A stretch of DNA of 32,000 nt from Parasynechococcus marenigrum WH 8102 (lineage in GTDB: Bacteria; Cyanobacteriota; Cyanobacteriia; PCC-6307; Cyanobiaceae): assembly GCF_000195975.1 (NCBI RefSeq), contig NC_005070.1, forward strand, positions 2,250,001 through 2,282,000, given 5' to 3'. Made by a program: the position numbers and the translations under genes. The notes under the pieces are model-generated. The model saw nothing but the letters and a program-made list of their open reading frames with translations, made no database searches and was not told the origin of the DNA. Of this stretch, positions 8,157 through 17,947 are shown piece by piece. Every line of letters begins with the position of its first letter. Position 1 is the first letter of the stretch.

Positions 8157-9597
8157 TCACCCATTTGCTGCCGACTTCCACCGGCATTGCCTCATGCAAT
8201 GTGAAGGGATTGGGGGTGCCATCGGCCTGCAGATTGTTCCAGGCCAATGCCAAACCTGGCGCCGGGGTGAAACAGCGCCCAAGGCGCTTGAAGCAGGTCT
8301 CACCGCCGCGTTCAACGGCATTGAGATAGACCATCAACGTCCAAGTGCGCTGGCCCCCGCAGGCAGTGTGTTCGGTGAATTCCTTGGTACCGGGCCCGAA
8401 CCAATCGGTGTGCTCCTTGAAATACTCACCAGGGTCATAGCGTTGGCCCTGGATGGGTTCCGAAAGGCCGGAGTCCACCCCTAGCAACGCAGCGAACCGT
8501 TCATCCAACCGTTCCGCCAGCTCCGGATGGTTCTGACGCAGATGGCACGTGCGACTGGTGCGGTAGTCGCTGGCGCCCCGGGTCACCGTGGATGGTTGCA
8601 GAGAACCGTTGATCGCCTCCATCACCTCATCGCACTCGTCCCTGTGCAGAAGACCCGGCAGCTCATAGACCTGCGCCAGCGGCGTATCCAGACGCCAGGC
8701 CCGCGGTTGATGCTCCGGGCGGGTGAGTGGTGCTTCAAACCATTCAAGAAAATTGGATCGGGTCGTTGGAGCCGACTGAACCGGAGTGGCGACGGATAAT
8801 GACACTCTTGAAGCGTCGAGCACCTGCTCCAGGGCCTGACGCGAAAAACCATGGGCCATGGCTCGCTCAAGCATGCCTTCACGGTCACATCCCCGTTCCT
8901 GATTGAGACGTAGCCACTCACGCCAAGTTTCAGGAATAGACGCGATGTCCTTCAGCTGCTGATTGCTTTTTCGCGCCTCTTCAACATTGGCAAATTTACA
9001 TGCTAGATCCTGATAGAGCCCCGGGTTCCACACTTTGGGGCGCCAATGAAAGTACATATTGCGATAAAAGTTTCCGTCAAACTCTGAGGCCCGGCCGTGC
9101 GGGCAAAGACTCTCATAAAAGAGCATTGTACCGGGATTAAATAAAACCTGGTGATGCTCAGCTTCATGGTCGACGAAATCCAACGCCCAGGGAATGTTGG
9201 ATTGATCTGCCACGTGCACAATGCAACTCACCACATGAGTGTCCACCCGATCACGGTGCATATGCAGCCAGGAGCCAGGCCCGTAACTGCGCACGCCGTA
9301 GCCGAAGCTACGCTCCAACGGCTGACCGGCCCATTCCTCCATCAGTGGAGTCAGTTGTGCATAGGCCAGCCCCATCAAGCCCTCGGACATCGGCGCATAA
9401 CGCAGATCCGGAGTTCTGGATCGCACCGAAGAGATTCCAGCAATTACATCGGCCTGATATCCGGGATCGCGCTCAAGCTTTTCCTGAACCGGCTGAAAGT
9501 CCATCTGCGCATACTCCTGATCCAACGCCTGCTGCAACGGCGCAGGCGTTGTCAGCAAGCGAAAAGGGTTGGATGCGAAACGTGGCAAAACCTCCAT
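8116..9597 (-). CDS. Two-module 2OG-Fe(II) oxygenase: N-terminal DSBH-like module plus C-terminal prolyl 4-hydroxylase (P4Hc)-type module
   Basis: Residue numbers refer to the 504-aa ORF from the TTG at 9630. The C-terminal module (~8140-8658) has RYDPGEYFKEHTDW (H407-x-D409), TLHEA (H479) and GSKW (K489), as in P4H alpha. The N-terminal module (~9031-9318) has SYGPGSWLHMHRD (H125-x-D127), CPHGR (H178) and FYR. The first ATG is at 9597 (MEVLPRF). The ORF is also open from the TTG at 9630. Confidence 0.8.
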   Translation of the reverse strand: MEVLPRFASNPFRLLTTPAPLQQALDQEYAQMDFQPVQEKLERDPGYQADVIAGISSVRSRTPDLRYAPMSEGLMGLAYAQLTPLMEEWAGQPLERSFGYGVRSYGPGSWLHMHRDRVDTHVVSCIVHVADQSNIPWALDFVDHEAEHHQVLFNPGTMLFYESLCPHGRASEFDGNFYRNMYFHWRPKVWNPGLYQDLACKFANVEEARKSNQQLKDIASIPETWREWLRLNQERGCDREGMLERAMAHGFSRQALEQVLDASRVSLSVATPVQSAPTTRSNFLEWFEAPLTRPEHQPRAWRLDTPLAQVYELPGLLHRDECDEVMEAINGSLQPSTVTRGASDYRTSRTCHLRQNHPELAERLDERFAALLGVDSGLSEPIQGQRYDPGEYFKEHTDWFGPGTKEFTEHTACGGQRTWTLMVYLNAVERGGETCFKRLGRCFTPAPGLALAWNNLQADGTPNPFTLHEAMPVEVGSKWVITKWFRQRAGRND

Positions 9598-9656
9598 AAA
9601 GAGCGGGGTTGCACCTAAGCCTGAGCTCAAGCTAGGGGGGAAATGGCCACCGTCAC

Positions 9657-11135
9657 TTAACCCTTGAGTTTCTTACTAAGAATCTGATTGGCCAGCTTGG
9701 GATCGGCTTTGCCGCCAGTTTTCTTCATCAGTTGCCCAACGAAGAAACCCTGCAGCTTGTTTTTACCGCCTCGGAAGGCCTTCACCTCATCGGGGTGGGC
9801 AGCTAATAGCTCATCCACAATTGCTTGAAGCGCTGCGGGATCACTGATCATTCCGAGTCCACGCTCATCAACGATCGCTTTGGGTGAGCCGCCCTTCTCC
9901 AGCAATTCGGGAAGGATCTCCTTGGCAATCTTGCCGCTGATCTTGCCGCCATCGATCAACTGCACCATCTCGGCCAGCTGTTCGGGCCGAAAAGGCAGCT
10001 CCGCATAACTGAGCCGGTTGCTGTTCACATGGGCTGCGATGTCACCCGTGATCCAGTTGGCGGAAAGCTTGGCGTCCGCACCGGCAGCCACCACCGCCTC
10101 GAAGTAATCCGCCATCGGGCGCTCATCGGTGAGCACACGGGCGTCGTACTGGGAAAGGCCCAGGTCATCTGCGTAGCGGTGGCGCTTTACAGCGGGTAGT
10201 TCCGGCAACTCCGAGCGCCAGGCCTCGCGCTGATCAACGCTCACCTCAATGGGGCCTAAGTCAGGGTCAGGGAAATAGCGGTAATCGCTTGCGCCTTCCT
10301 TGCTTCGCATGCTCTTGGTGAGCTGCTTGCCCTCATCCCAGAGGCGGGTCTCCTGCACGATCGGCTCACCGGTCTCATAGGCCTTGATCTGGCGTTTGAT
10401 CTCGTACTCGCAGGCCTTTTGGATGGCAGAGAACGAATTCATGTTCTTGATCTCCACCTTCGTGCCGAAGGGAGCATCCGGACCCCGACGCACGGAGATG
10501 TTGACGTCGCAACGCAGGGAGCCCTCCTGCATATTCCCGTCGGATACGCCGAGATAACGCATGATTCGGCGAATTTCGGAGGCGTATTCCGCCGCCTCAC
10601 GACCGGTGCGCAGATCCGGCTTGCTGACGATCTCCGCCAGCGCCACTCCAGCGCGGTTGTAGTCCACCAGGGAGTGGGTCGAACCGGCGAGGCGGTCGCT
10701 GCCGGCATGAACCAACTTGCCGGCGTCCTCCTCCATATGAAGGCGCTCAATGCCGATCTTTTTGAGATAGGTGTCCTTGCCTTTTTCTGCGACCTCCACC
10801 TCGATCCAGCCCTCTTCCGCGATCGGCTCGTCGTACTGAGAAATCTGGTAGTTCTTCGGTAGATCCGGATAGAAATATTGCTTGCGGTCGAACTTGCTGT
10901 GCTCAGCAATATTGAGGTTTAACGCCATCGCCGCCTTCACGGCGTACTCGAGCACCTTTTGATTGAGCACCGGCAGCGTCCCGGGCAGACCACACACCAC
11001 CGGGTCGATGTGAGTGTTGGGGTCATCACCGAAGGCTGTGGAAGCGGCGGTGAAGATCTTGCTGTCGGTCCCCAGCTGTACGTGGGTTTCCAGGCCAATC
11101 ACGGCTTCCCAAGCAGGTTCTGCTGCGGCCATCAA
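9657..11135 (-). CDS. gatB: Asp-tRNA(Asn)/Glu-tRNA(Gln) amidotransferase subunit B
   Basis: 492 aa with WEAVIGLETHVQL, CGLPGTLPVLN, FDRKQYFYPDLPKNYQISQ, RCDVNISV, KNMNSFSAI and the C-terminal GatB/YqeY-type tail (LQGFFVGQLMKKTGGKADP). Confidence 0.96.
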   Translation of the reverse strand: MMAAAEPAWEAVIGLETHVQLGTDSKIFTAASTAFGDDPNTHIDPVVCGLPGTLPVLNQKVLEYAVKAAMALNLNIAEHSKFDRKQYFYPDLPKNYQISQYDEPIAEEGWIEVEVAEKGKDTYLKKIGIERLHMEEDAGKLVHAGSDRLAGSTHSLVDYNRAGVALAEIVSKPDLRTGREAAEYASEIRRIMRYLGVSDGNMQEGSLRCDVNISVRRGPDAPFGTKVEIKNMNSFSAIQKACEYEIKRQIKAYETGEPIVQETRLWDEGKQLTKSMRSKEGASDYRYFPDPDLGPIEVSVDQREAWRSELPELPAVKRHRYADDLGLSQYDARVLTDERPMADYFEAVVAAGADAKLSANWITGDIAAHVNSNRLSYAELPFRPEQLAEMVQLIDGGKISGKIAKEILPELLEKGGSPKAIVDERGLGMISDPAALQAIVDELLAAHPDEVKAFRGGKNKLQGFFVGQLMKKTGGKADPKLANQILSKKLKG

Positions 11136-11211
11136 GGCAATGAGTCTGTCTGAGTGATCCTATGGAAAGGAGGGGCTTTGGAACGCCCTTGTCGAGACCA
11201 TCAGCTCAGCC

Positions 11212-12366
11212 ATGAATCCGTTGAATCGGACCGACCAACGACCAACCCTCATCCTGGGTGGCGGCCTGATGGGTTTGGCGGTGGCCCACCAGCTGGCCCG
11301 GCGCGGGACGGCTGTTCAGGTGATCAGCCGCAACCGCAGTGAAGCAGCGGGATTCGTAGCTGCTGGGATGCTCGCGCCCCATGCCGAGGGGCTGTCAGGG
11401 TCGCTGCTGCAACTGGGGCAGGCCAGTCTCAAGCTCATCCCGCGTTGGGTTGCGCAGATTGAAATGGACAGCGGCCTGAGCTGCGGGCTAAGAGCCTGCG
11501 GCATCGTGGTTCCGTTTCGCAGCGACGAAGAACGAGCTCAATACCCCACGGCCACTGCCGGAATGAAGCTCGATAGAGCCGGGCTGGAGCGGGAACTCCC
11601 TGGAATCGGCCCCAGCTGGTCCAGTGGTCTTTTATTCGATCAAGACGGCCAGATCGACAACCGCCGGCAGCTCATGCGCGCCCTGGAACGCGCCTGCGTC
11701 TCGCTTGGGGTGCGATTTCTGGAGGGGGCGGAGGTGCGATCCATGACGCGCGGCCCCCATGGCTCAATAACTCACGTCACTCTGATGACCGCCCAGGGAG
11801 ACACGCAGCAACTCCCCTGCGATCAAGCCGTGCTCTGCAGCGGTGCCTGGAGTCGTCAGTTGCTTTCGGAACTCCCCGTCTTTCCCGTGAAAGGACAGAT
11901 GCTGTCCTTACAAGCTCCGCGGGAAGCGTTGAAGCGGGTCATCTTTGGCCCAGGGACTTATCTCGTGCCAAGAGAAGACGGCCTGATCGTGGTGGGAGCC
12001 ACCAGCGAAGTCGAAACAGGGTTTGCTGGTGGCCTCACTCCTGCGGGACAGAAACAACTGCAAGCCGGTATCGAGTCATTGTTACCAATGGCCACGCACT
12101 GGCCGCCCATGGAGCGGTGGTGGGGATTCCGGCCCTGCACACCCGACGAAGGCCCCCTGCTCGGCCCTGGTCCGACACCAGGCTTATGGCTGGCCTGTGG
12201 ACATCACCGAAACGGTGTTCTCCTTGCAGCGATCACCGCGGAACTGACCGCTGATGCCATCACAGAACAATCCCCCAACAACGCCATGACGACATTGCTG
12301 GGGGCATTCCGCTGGAACCGTTTCAGCAAGCCTGAGATCGATCAGGCTTCAACGCGCCAGGTCTGA
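11212..12366 (+). CDS. thiO: FAD-dependent glycine oxidase-like oxidoreductase (ThiO-type)
   Basis: 384 aa with an N-terminal Rossmann dinucleotide motif [19 protein letters not shown] and the DAO-family C-terminal [10 protein letters not shown]. Assignment to ThiO rather than a generic DAO-family enzyme rests on similarity from memory only. Confidence 0.75.
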
Positions 12367-12797
12367 TCAGAAGGCGTCCAATCGTTTAATTCAGCAGCGT
12401 CGAACCACAGACCAATTTCGAACTCAGCGGTTTCCGGTGCGTCAGAACCGTGGATGACGTTGCGGCCGATGTTGACGGCCAGATCACCACGGATGGTGCC
12501 GGGCTCAGCCTCGAGGGGCTTGGTGGCACCGATCAGCTTGCGAGCGCTGGCGATAACACCATCGCCTTCCCACACCATCGCCACCACAGGACCGGAGGTG
12601 ATGAAATCGACCAGACCGGCAAAGAAGGGACGCTCCTTATGGACGCCGTAGTGCTGCTCGGCGAGGGCGCGGCTTGGGGTGATCTGCTTCAGACCCACCA
12701 GCTTGAATCCCTTGCGCTCAAAGCGGCCGAGGATCTCGCCTACCAGACCGCGCTGGACGCCGTCGGGCTTGATGGCGATGAACGTGCGTTCGGCCAT
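12342..12797 (-). CDS. ndk: Nucleoside diphosphate kinase
   Basis: [22 protein letters not shown]...NVIHGSD are canonical NDK blocks. I start it at the internal ATG 12797 (151 aa) rather than the ORF-track start 12854, because NDKs begin right at the ERTF(I/L)xIKPD block. Confidence 0.93.
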
Positions 12798-12910
12798 GGA
12801 TTGGTATGAATGAAAAGCGCCGCCATCGTCAGTGCTGGCCACCCCGCTTGGCAAGTACAGGCCATGGGCCAGAGCTGAGATGTCCCTAGATTCCGCTTAA
12901 ACCCAGGCGA

Positions 12911-14845
12911 GTGCAGGTGGCTGACAGCGAAGGCTGGTCGATCCAAGACAGCGCAGCGCTCTATGGGCTGGACCGCTGGGGCGAGCCTTACTTCACCATC
13001 AATGGACGTGGCCATATCAGCGTTCAACCGCAAGGCGAACGCGGCGGCAGCCTGGATTTGGTCGAACTGGTGTCAGAACTGCGAGGTCGCAACCTCGGAC
13101 TGCCGCTGCTGATCCGTTTCGACGACATCCTGGAAGACCGTCTCGAGCGGCTGCATGCAGCGTTCGAACGGGCAATCGCTCAGTACAGCTACACGGGTCG
13201 CTACCAGGGGGTCTTCCCAGTGAAGTGCAACCAACAACGCCATGTGGTGGAAGAGTTGGTGATCTGTGGCAAGCGCTGGAACTTCGGACTGGAAGCTGGC
13301 AGCAAGGCGGAGCTACTGATCGCTCTCTCGCTGCTGGATGACCCGGAGGCGTTGTTGATCTGCAACGGCTACAAGGATCGGCTGTACATCGAAACCGCAA
13401 TCCTGGCGCGACGTCTGGGACGGCAGCCGGTGGTGGTGATTGAACAGCCGGACGAAGTCGACCGGATTATTGAAGCCAGCAAGAGCCTGGGAGCAGCCCC
13501 ATACATCGGCGTGCGGGCCAAGCTCTCCAGCCGCAGCACAGGGCGTTGGGGCAGTTCCGTTGGCGACAAGGCCAAATTCGGTCTCTCCATTCCCGAGTTA
13601 TTGGCAACCGTGGAGCGGCTGCGGGAGAGCAACCTGCTCCCCGATCTACGTCTGCTGCACTTCCACATCGGCAGCCAGATCAACGACATCGCCGTTCTCA
13701 AGGACGCTCTCCAGGAGGCGGGGCAGATCTATGTGGAGCTCACCCGACTGGGGGCCCCGATGGGGTTCCTGGATGTGGGCGGTGGACTCGGCATCGATTA
13801 CGACGGCAGCCGTACCGCATCGGCGGCCTCCACCAACTATTCGCTGCAGAACTACGCCAACGACGTGGTGGCCACGGTGCGGGAATGCTGTGAGCCCAAT
13901 GCTGTTGCCGTACCCACGCTGGTGAGCGAAAGCGGCCGCGCCATTGCCAGCCATTTCTCCTTGCTGGTGTTCGACGTCCTGGGCAGCAGCGCACTCTCGG
14001 CATCAATTCCCAACGCCAGTGGAGACGAACCACTCACTGTTCGCAACCTGCGGGACACCCTCGTCACCATTCAAGAGTTATCGGGGACGGCAGACGCGCA
14101 GTTGGTGCGGCTGCAGGAAGCCTGGAACGATGCCTTGAAGTTCAAGCAGGATGCGCTCGCCGCGTTCCGGCTCGGGTACATGGGTCTCCCCGACCGCGCC
14201 TCAGCAGAACAACTGACGTGGGCCTGCGCTGATGCCATCGCCCAACGGCTCCCGAAGGAACAAGCCATCCCGGAAGAACTGGCAGCACTTAGCAAAGCGC
14301 TGGCGGGAACCTATTACGCCAACTTGTCGATCTTTCGCTCAGCACCCGACACCTGGGCCATCGATCAGCTGTTTCCGGTGGTGCCCATCCAGAAGCTGAA
14401 TCAACGGCCCACCCGACTGGCCAACCTCGCCGATCTCACATGCGATTCCGATGGACGACTGGATCGCTTCATCGGAGATGGACAACCCAAACAGTTGCTG
14501 GAGCTCCACGAGCTCGACGACAACAACCCTTATCTGATCGGCCTGTTTCTCAGCGGGGCATACCAAGAGGTGATGGGCAATCTGCACAACCTGTTCGGCA
14601 CCACCAATGCCGTGCACATTCGCCTCAGCCCGGGCGGTAGCTATCGCATTGATCACGTCGTGCGGGGTGACACCAATGCCGATGTGCTGGAGGCCATGGA
14701 GCACGACCCCCGGGTTTTGCTGGAGCGGTTGCGGGTGGCGGCGGAGGCGGCCATCAACGACGGCCAGCTCCGCATCGACGAATCACGACGGCTGCTGGAC
14801 CACCTCGAAAGCAGCCTGCGCCAAACCACGTACCTTCAAGACTGA
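12911..14845 (+). CDS. speA: Biosynthetic arginine decarboxylase
   Basis: 644 aa with WSIQDSAALYGLDRWGEPYF, FPVKCNQ (PLP-lysine context), HFHIGSQI, DVGGGLGIDYDG and CDSDG. The start is apparently GTG (12911 or 12917), with no in-frame ATG upstream. Confidence 0.93.
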   Translation: MQVADSEGWSIQDSAALYGLDRWGEPYFTINGRGHISVQPQGERGGSLDLVELVSELRGRNLGLPLLIRFDDILEDRLERLHAAFERAIAQYSYTGRYQGVFPVKCNQQRHVVEELVICGKRWNFGLEAGSKAELLIALSLLDDPEALLICNGYKDRLYIETAILARRLGRQPVVVIEQPDEVDRIIEASKSLGAAPYIGVRAKLSSRSTGRWGSSVGDKAKFGLSIPELLATVERLRESNLLPDLRLLHFHIGSQINDIAVLKDALQEAGQIYVELTRLGAPMGFLDVGGGLGIDYDGSRTASAASTNYSLQNYANDVVATVRECCEPNAVAVPTLVSESGRAIASHFSLLVFDVLGSSALSASIPNASGDEPLTVRNLRDTLVTIQELSGTADAQLVRLQEAWNDALKFKQDALAAFRLGYMGLPDRASAEQLTWACADAIAQRLPKEQAIPEELAALSKALAGTYYANLSIFRSAPDTWAIDQLFPVVPIQKLNQRPTRLANLADLTCDSDGRLDRFIGDGQPKQLLELHELDDNNPYLIGLFLSGAYQEVMGNLHNLFGTTNAVHIRLSPGGSYRIDHVVRGDTNADVLEAMEHDPRVLLERLRVAAEAAINDGQLRIDESRRLLDHLESSLRQTTYLQD

Positions 14846-17532
14846 GGCAACGCTGCCGCCAACTCTGAGCGAGCGGCCGCAAGGGCACCAGGCAGGGCAG
14901 CACCATCGCGCCCCCCGGCCTGGGCCAGGTTCGGGCGGCCGCCGCCGCCGCCGCCGCACTGCTTGGCGATGCCACCGATGAACTTGCCAGCCTGGAGCTT
15001 GGCGGCGATCACCTGCTTGCCGAAGGCCGCCACCAGGATCACCTTGCCCAGGTCGCCGGGATCTGGCAGACCGCCGATCACCACGGCCGCACCATCCCCA
15101 AGCTGATCGGCAAGGCTCTGGGCTGCCCCCTGCAAACCGGCACCTTCAACGCCGTCGAGGCGTTCCACCAGCAGCTGGAACTCACCCACGGCCTCGGCCT
15201 TGGCAGCCAGAGCTCCGGCCTTGGCCACAGCCAGCTCCGCCTGCGCCGCTGCCAGCGCCTTGCCGGTGGCCTTGAGCTCCTCCTGCAACGCCGTCACCCG
15301 GTCAACGATCTCGGCCGGCTGGGCCTTGAAACGATCCCCCAGCTGTTTCACCACCGCATCGCGCTCGTTCAGATAAGCGAGAACGGCCGGGCCAGCGACA
15401 GCTTCAATCCGGCGGATGCCGGCAGCGACGCCACTTTCCGCAACGATTTTGAACAGGCCGATCTCGGCGGTGTTGGCCACATGGGTACCGCCGCAGAGCT
15501 CCATCGACACACCGGGCACGTCGACCACACGCACCACATCGGCATACTTCTCGCCAAACATCGCCACGGCACCAGCCGCCTTGGCCTGATCAATCGCCAT
15601 CTCCTGCACCTCGAGGCAGTGGGCCTCAGCGATCCAGCCGTTGATCAACGTTTCGATCTGCGCCAATTGCTCAGCCGTGACCGCCGTCGGGCAATGGAAG
15701 TCGAAGCGCAGCCGGTCGAAGTCGACCAAAGAGCCCGCCTGGCCAATTCCTGGATCCACCACCTGCTTGAGCGCAGCCTGCAATAAATGCGTAGCGGTGT
15801 GATTGGCCTGGGCCCGACGCCGGCAGCTCCGATCCACCTGGGCATTGACGGTGTCTCCCACGGCCAGATGACCGCGTTCCATCCGTCCGGAATGCACGAA
15901 CACATCGCGGCTGCGACTCACGGAGTCGATGGCCACGATCACGTCGACACCACTGAGCGATCCGCGATCCCCCACCTGGCCACCGCCTTCGCCGTAGAAG
16001 GGGGTGCTGTCGAGCACCACCTGCACGACATCTCCAGCCGACGCCGTTGAGGCCGGCGCCCCGTTCACCACCAACGCCTGCACCGTGCTGGGGTGATCCA
16101 GGGCGTCGTAGCCCTTGAACGCGGTGGCGGGCTGATCACCAGCCACCTGCTCGATCGCATCCTGCAGGGTGAGGTCAATGCTCACCGCCGCGGCCTTGGC
16201 CCGCTGACGCTGTTCCTCCATCGCCACCTCAAAGCCATCAAGGTCCACCGTGATGCGCTGCTCTTCTGCAATTTCCTGGGTGAGCTCCAGGGGAAAGCCG
16301 TAGGTGTCGTAGAGCTCAAAGGCCTGGGCGCCGGAGATCTGCGTTGGCCTGCTGGCTAGCACCTCCGCCAGCAGCTTTTCGCCCCGCTCGAGCGTCTCGA
16401 GGAAACGCGCCTCCTCACGTTGGAGTTCGGCCAGGATCACCTCCTGCCGTTCGATCACGCCCGGGTGAGCCCCTTTCAGCAGGTCAATCGCCGCTTCCCC
16501 CATGGTCACCAGGAACGGCTTGTCGATGCCAAGGAGGCGGCCATGGCGGACCACCCGGCGCAGCAGCCGCCGCAGGATGTAGCCGCGGCCCAGGTTGCTG
16601 GCGGTCACGCCATCGCAGATCAACTGAGTGACCGCACGGCTGTGGTCACCGATCACTTTCAACGACGTTTTGCCCTTGTCGTCGAGCTGCGCGTAGTCGA
16701 CACACGCCAGATCCGCCGCCGCCTGAATCAACGGAAAGATCAGATCGGTTTCGTAGTTGTTGGGAACCTTCTGCAGGATCTGTGCCATCCGCTCGAGGCC
16801 CATGCCGGTGTCGATGTTGCGGTTGGCCAGCGGCGTGAGGTTGCCCTCGGCGTCGCGGTTGTACTGCATGAACACCAGGTTGTAGAACTCGATAAAACGG
16901 TCGTCGTCCTCGAGATCGATGCCGTCATCCCCCAGCTCGGGCTTGAAGTCGTAGTAGATCTCCGAGCAAGGGCCACAGGGGCCAGTGGGGCCAGAGGCCC
17001 AGAAGTTGTCGGCTTCATCCATGCGGATGATCCGTTTGGTATTCACCCCCACCACATCCCGCCAGATCTGTTCGGCTTCGTCGTCCTCCCGGAACACACT
17101 CACCACCAGATTCCTGGGATCAATGCCATACACCTGGGTGCTGAGTTCCCAGGCCCACTCAATCGCCTGCTGCTTGAAGTAATCCCCAAACGAGAAGTTG
17201 CCGAGCATCTCAAAAAATGTGTGATGCCGAGCCGTGCGGCCCACGTTCTCGATGTCGTTGGTGCGGATGCACTTCTGCGAACTGGTGGCCCGTGGAGCCG
17301 GCCGTTGCTGCTGCCCGAGAAACACCGGCTTGAAGGGCAGCATGCCGGCGATGGTGAGCAGCACCGTCGGATCCTCTGGAATCAACGAGGCGCTGGCCAT
17401 GCGCTGATGGCCGCGCTCGGCATAAAAGTTGAGAAAGGCCTCGCGGATGTCCTCCCCGCTGCGGGGGGCAGACGCTGCAGAAGACGACGATGCGGCGGCG
17501 GCCATGGGAGGAAATGGGGATCCAGCGGTCAT
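14836..17532 (-). CDS. alaS: Alanine--tRNA ligase
   Basis: 898 aa with IREAFLNFYAERGH, FFEMLGNFSFGDYFK, the editing-domain HTATHLL and CGGTHV motifs, and a C-terminal GGGGGGRPNLAQAGG block. The start could be 17532 or the ATG at 17505. Confidence 0.96.
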   Translation of the reverse strand: MTAGSPFPPMAAAASSSSAASAPRSGEDIREAFLNFYAERGHQRMASASLIPEDPTVLLTIAGMLPFKPVFLGQQQRPAPRATSSQKCIRTNDIENVGRTARHHTFFEMLGNFSFGDYFKQQAIEWAWELSTQVYGIDPRNLVVSVFREDDEAEQIWRDVVGVNTKRIIRMDEADNFWASGPTGPCGPCSEIYYDFKPELGDDGIDLEDDDRFIEFYNLVFMQYNRDAEGNLTPLANRNIDTGMGLERMAQILQKVPNNYETDLIFPLIQAAADLACVDYAQLDDKGKTSLKVIGDHSRAVTQLICDGVTASNLGRGYILRRLLRRVVRHGRLLGIDKPFLVTMGEAAIDLLKGAHPGVIERQEVILAELQREEARFLETLERGEKLLAEVLASRPTQISGAQAFELYDTYGFPLELTQEIAEEQRITVDLDGFEVAMEEQRQRAKAAAVSIDLTLQDAIEQVAGDQPATAFKGYDALDHPSTVQALVVNGAPASTASAGDVVQVVLDSTPFYGEGGGQVGDRGSLSGVDVIVAIDSVSRSRDVFVHSGRMERGHLAVGDTVNAQVDRSCRRRAQANHTATHLLQAALKQVVDPGIGQAGSLVDFDRLRFDFHCPTAVTAEQLAQIETLINGWIAEAHCLEVQEMAIDQAKAAGAVAMFGEKYADVVRVVDVPGVSMELCGGTHVANTAEIGLFKIVAESGVAAGIRRIEAVAGPAVLAYLNERDAVVKQLGDRFKAQPAEIVDRVTALQEELKATGKALAAAQAELAVAKAGALAAKAEAVGEFQLLVERLDGVEGAGLQGAAQSLADQLGDGAAVVIGGLPDPGDLGKVILVAAFGKQVIAAKLQAGKFIGGIAKQCGGGGGGRPNLAQAGGRDGAALPGALAAARSELAAALPQS

Positions 17533-17557
17533 GATCGCCTGAGAGCCGCCGGCACCC

Positions 17558-17947
17558 TTGCCTGCCCAGCCCGATGACGCCGACGTCCGCGCCCGACTGC
17601 GGCTGCAGTCGATCGGATGGGCCCTGCTCGCCGGTCTCGGCGCTGCCCTGCTTGGTCTGGTCTGGGGCCTGGAGGACGCCGTCCGTTCCGGGGGTTGTGG
17701 GCTGTTCTATGGACTGCTGGCCTTCCACCTGCAACGCGTCGATCCCAATGACAGTCACCTGCAGGCCGGCCTGGTGGGGGCGATCTGCGGTGTGCGGAGC
17801 CTTGGCCTACCCCTAACGCTCGACAACTGGCAGGCAGACGCTCTGGCATCATTGGTACTGGAGCTCCTCCAGGCTTGGCTGCCGTTGATCGGCAGTGCTG
17901 TCCTGCTCCACGGCACCCACCGCTTCCTGCCCGCGTCGCGGCCATGA
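17558..17947 (+). CDS. Hypothetical small multi-pass membrane protein (TTG start), coupled to the SNF2 gene
   Basis: 129-aa ORF with 3-4 hydrophobic segments (IGWALLAGLGAALLGLVWGL, GLFYGLLAF, LVGAICGV, LPLIGSAVLL). Read codon by codon, third positions are overwhelmingly G/C, with CTG, GCC and GGC preferred as in the neighbouring real genes. The stop TGA (17945-17947) overlaps the SNF2 ATG (17944) as ATGA. There is no in-frame ATG, so the start is uncertain. Confidence 0.5.
   Translation: MPAQPDDADVRARLRLQSIGWALLAGLGAALLGLVWGLEDAVRSGGCGLFYGLLAFHLQRVDPNDSHLQAGLVGAICGVRSLGLPLTLDNWQADALASLVLELLQAWLPLIGSAVLLHGTHRFLPASRP

Noticed and set aside
11136-11211. Possible TPP riboswitch upstream of the thiO-like gene.
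   Set aside because: The divergent spacer is only 76 nt and must also hold the gatB and thiO promoters. I could not find the conserved CUGAGA...ACCUGA...GCCAGCG-type core.
14938-14955. (GCC)6 trinucleotide run that looks like a microsatellite.
   Set aside because: It encodes the conserved poly-Gly block (CGGGGGGRPNLAQAGG) of the AlaS C-terminal domain on the minus strand. It is a coding constraint, not a free repeat.
16420-17577. 385-aa plus-strand ORF antisense to alaS. Similar cases are 31-735 (-) on eno, 20317-21150 (-) on SNF2, 25361-26524 (-) on the flv genes and 29470-30414 (-) on the reductase/pirin genes.
   Set aside because: All lie fully inside strongly supported genes on the other strand. 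Their products have no recognisable domains and a biased composition, so they are GC-driven open frames.
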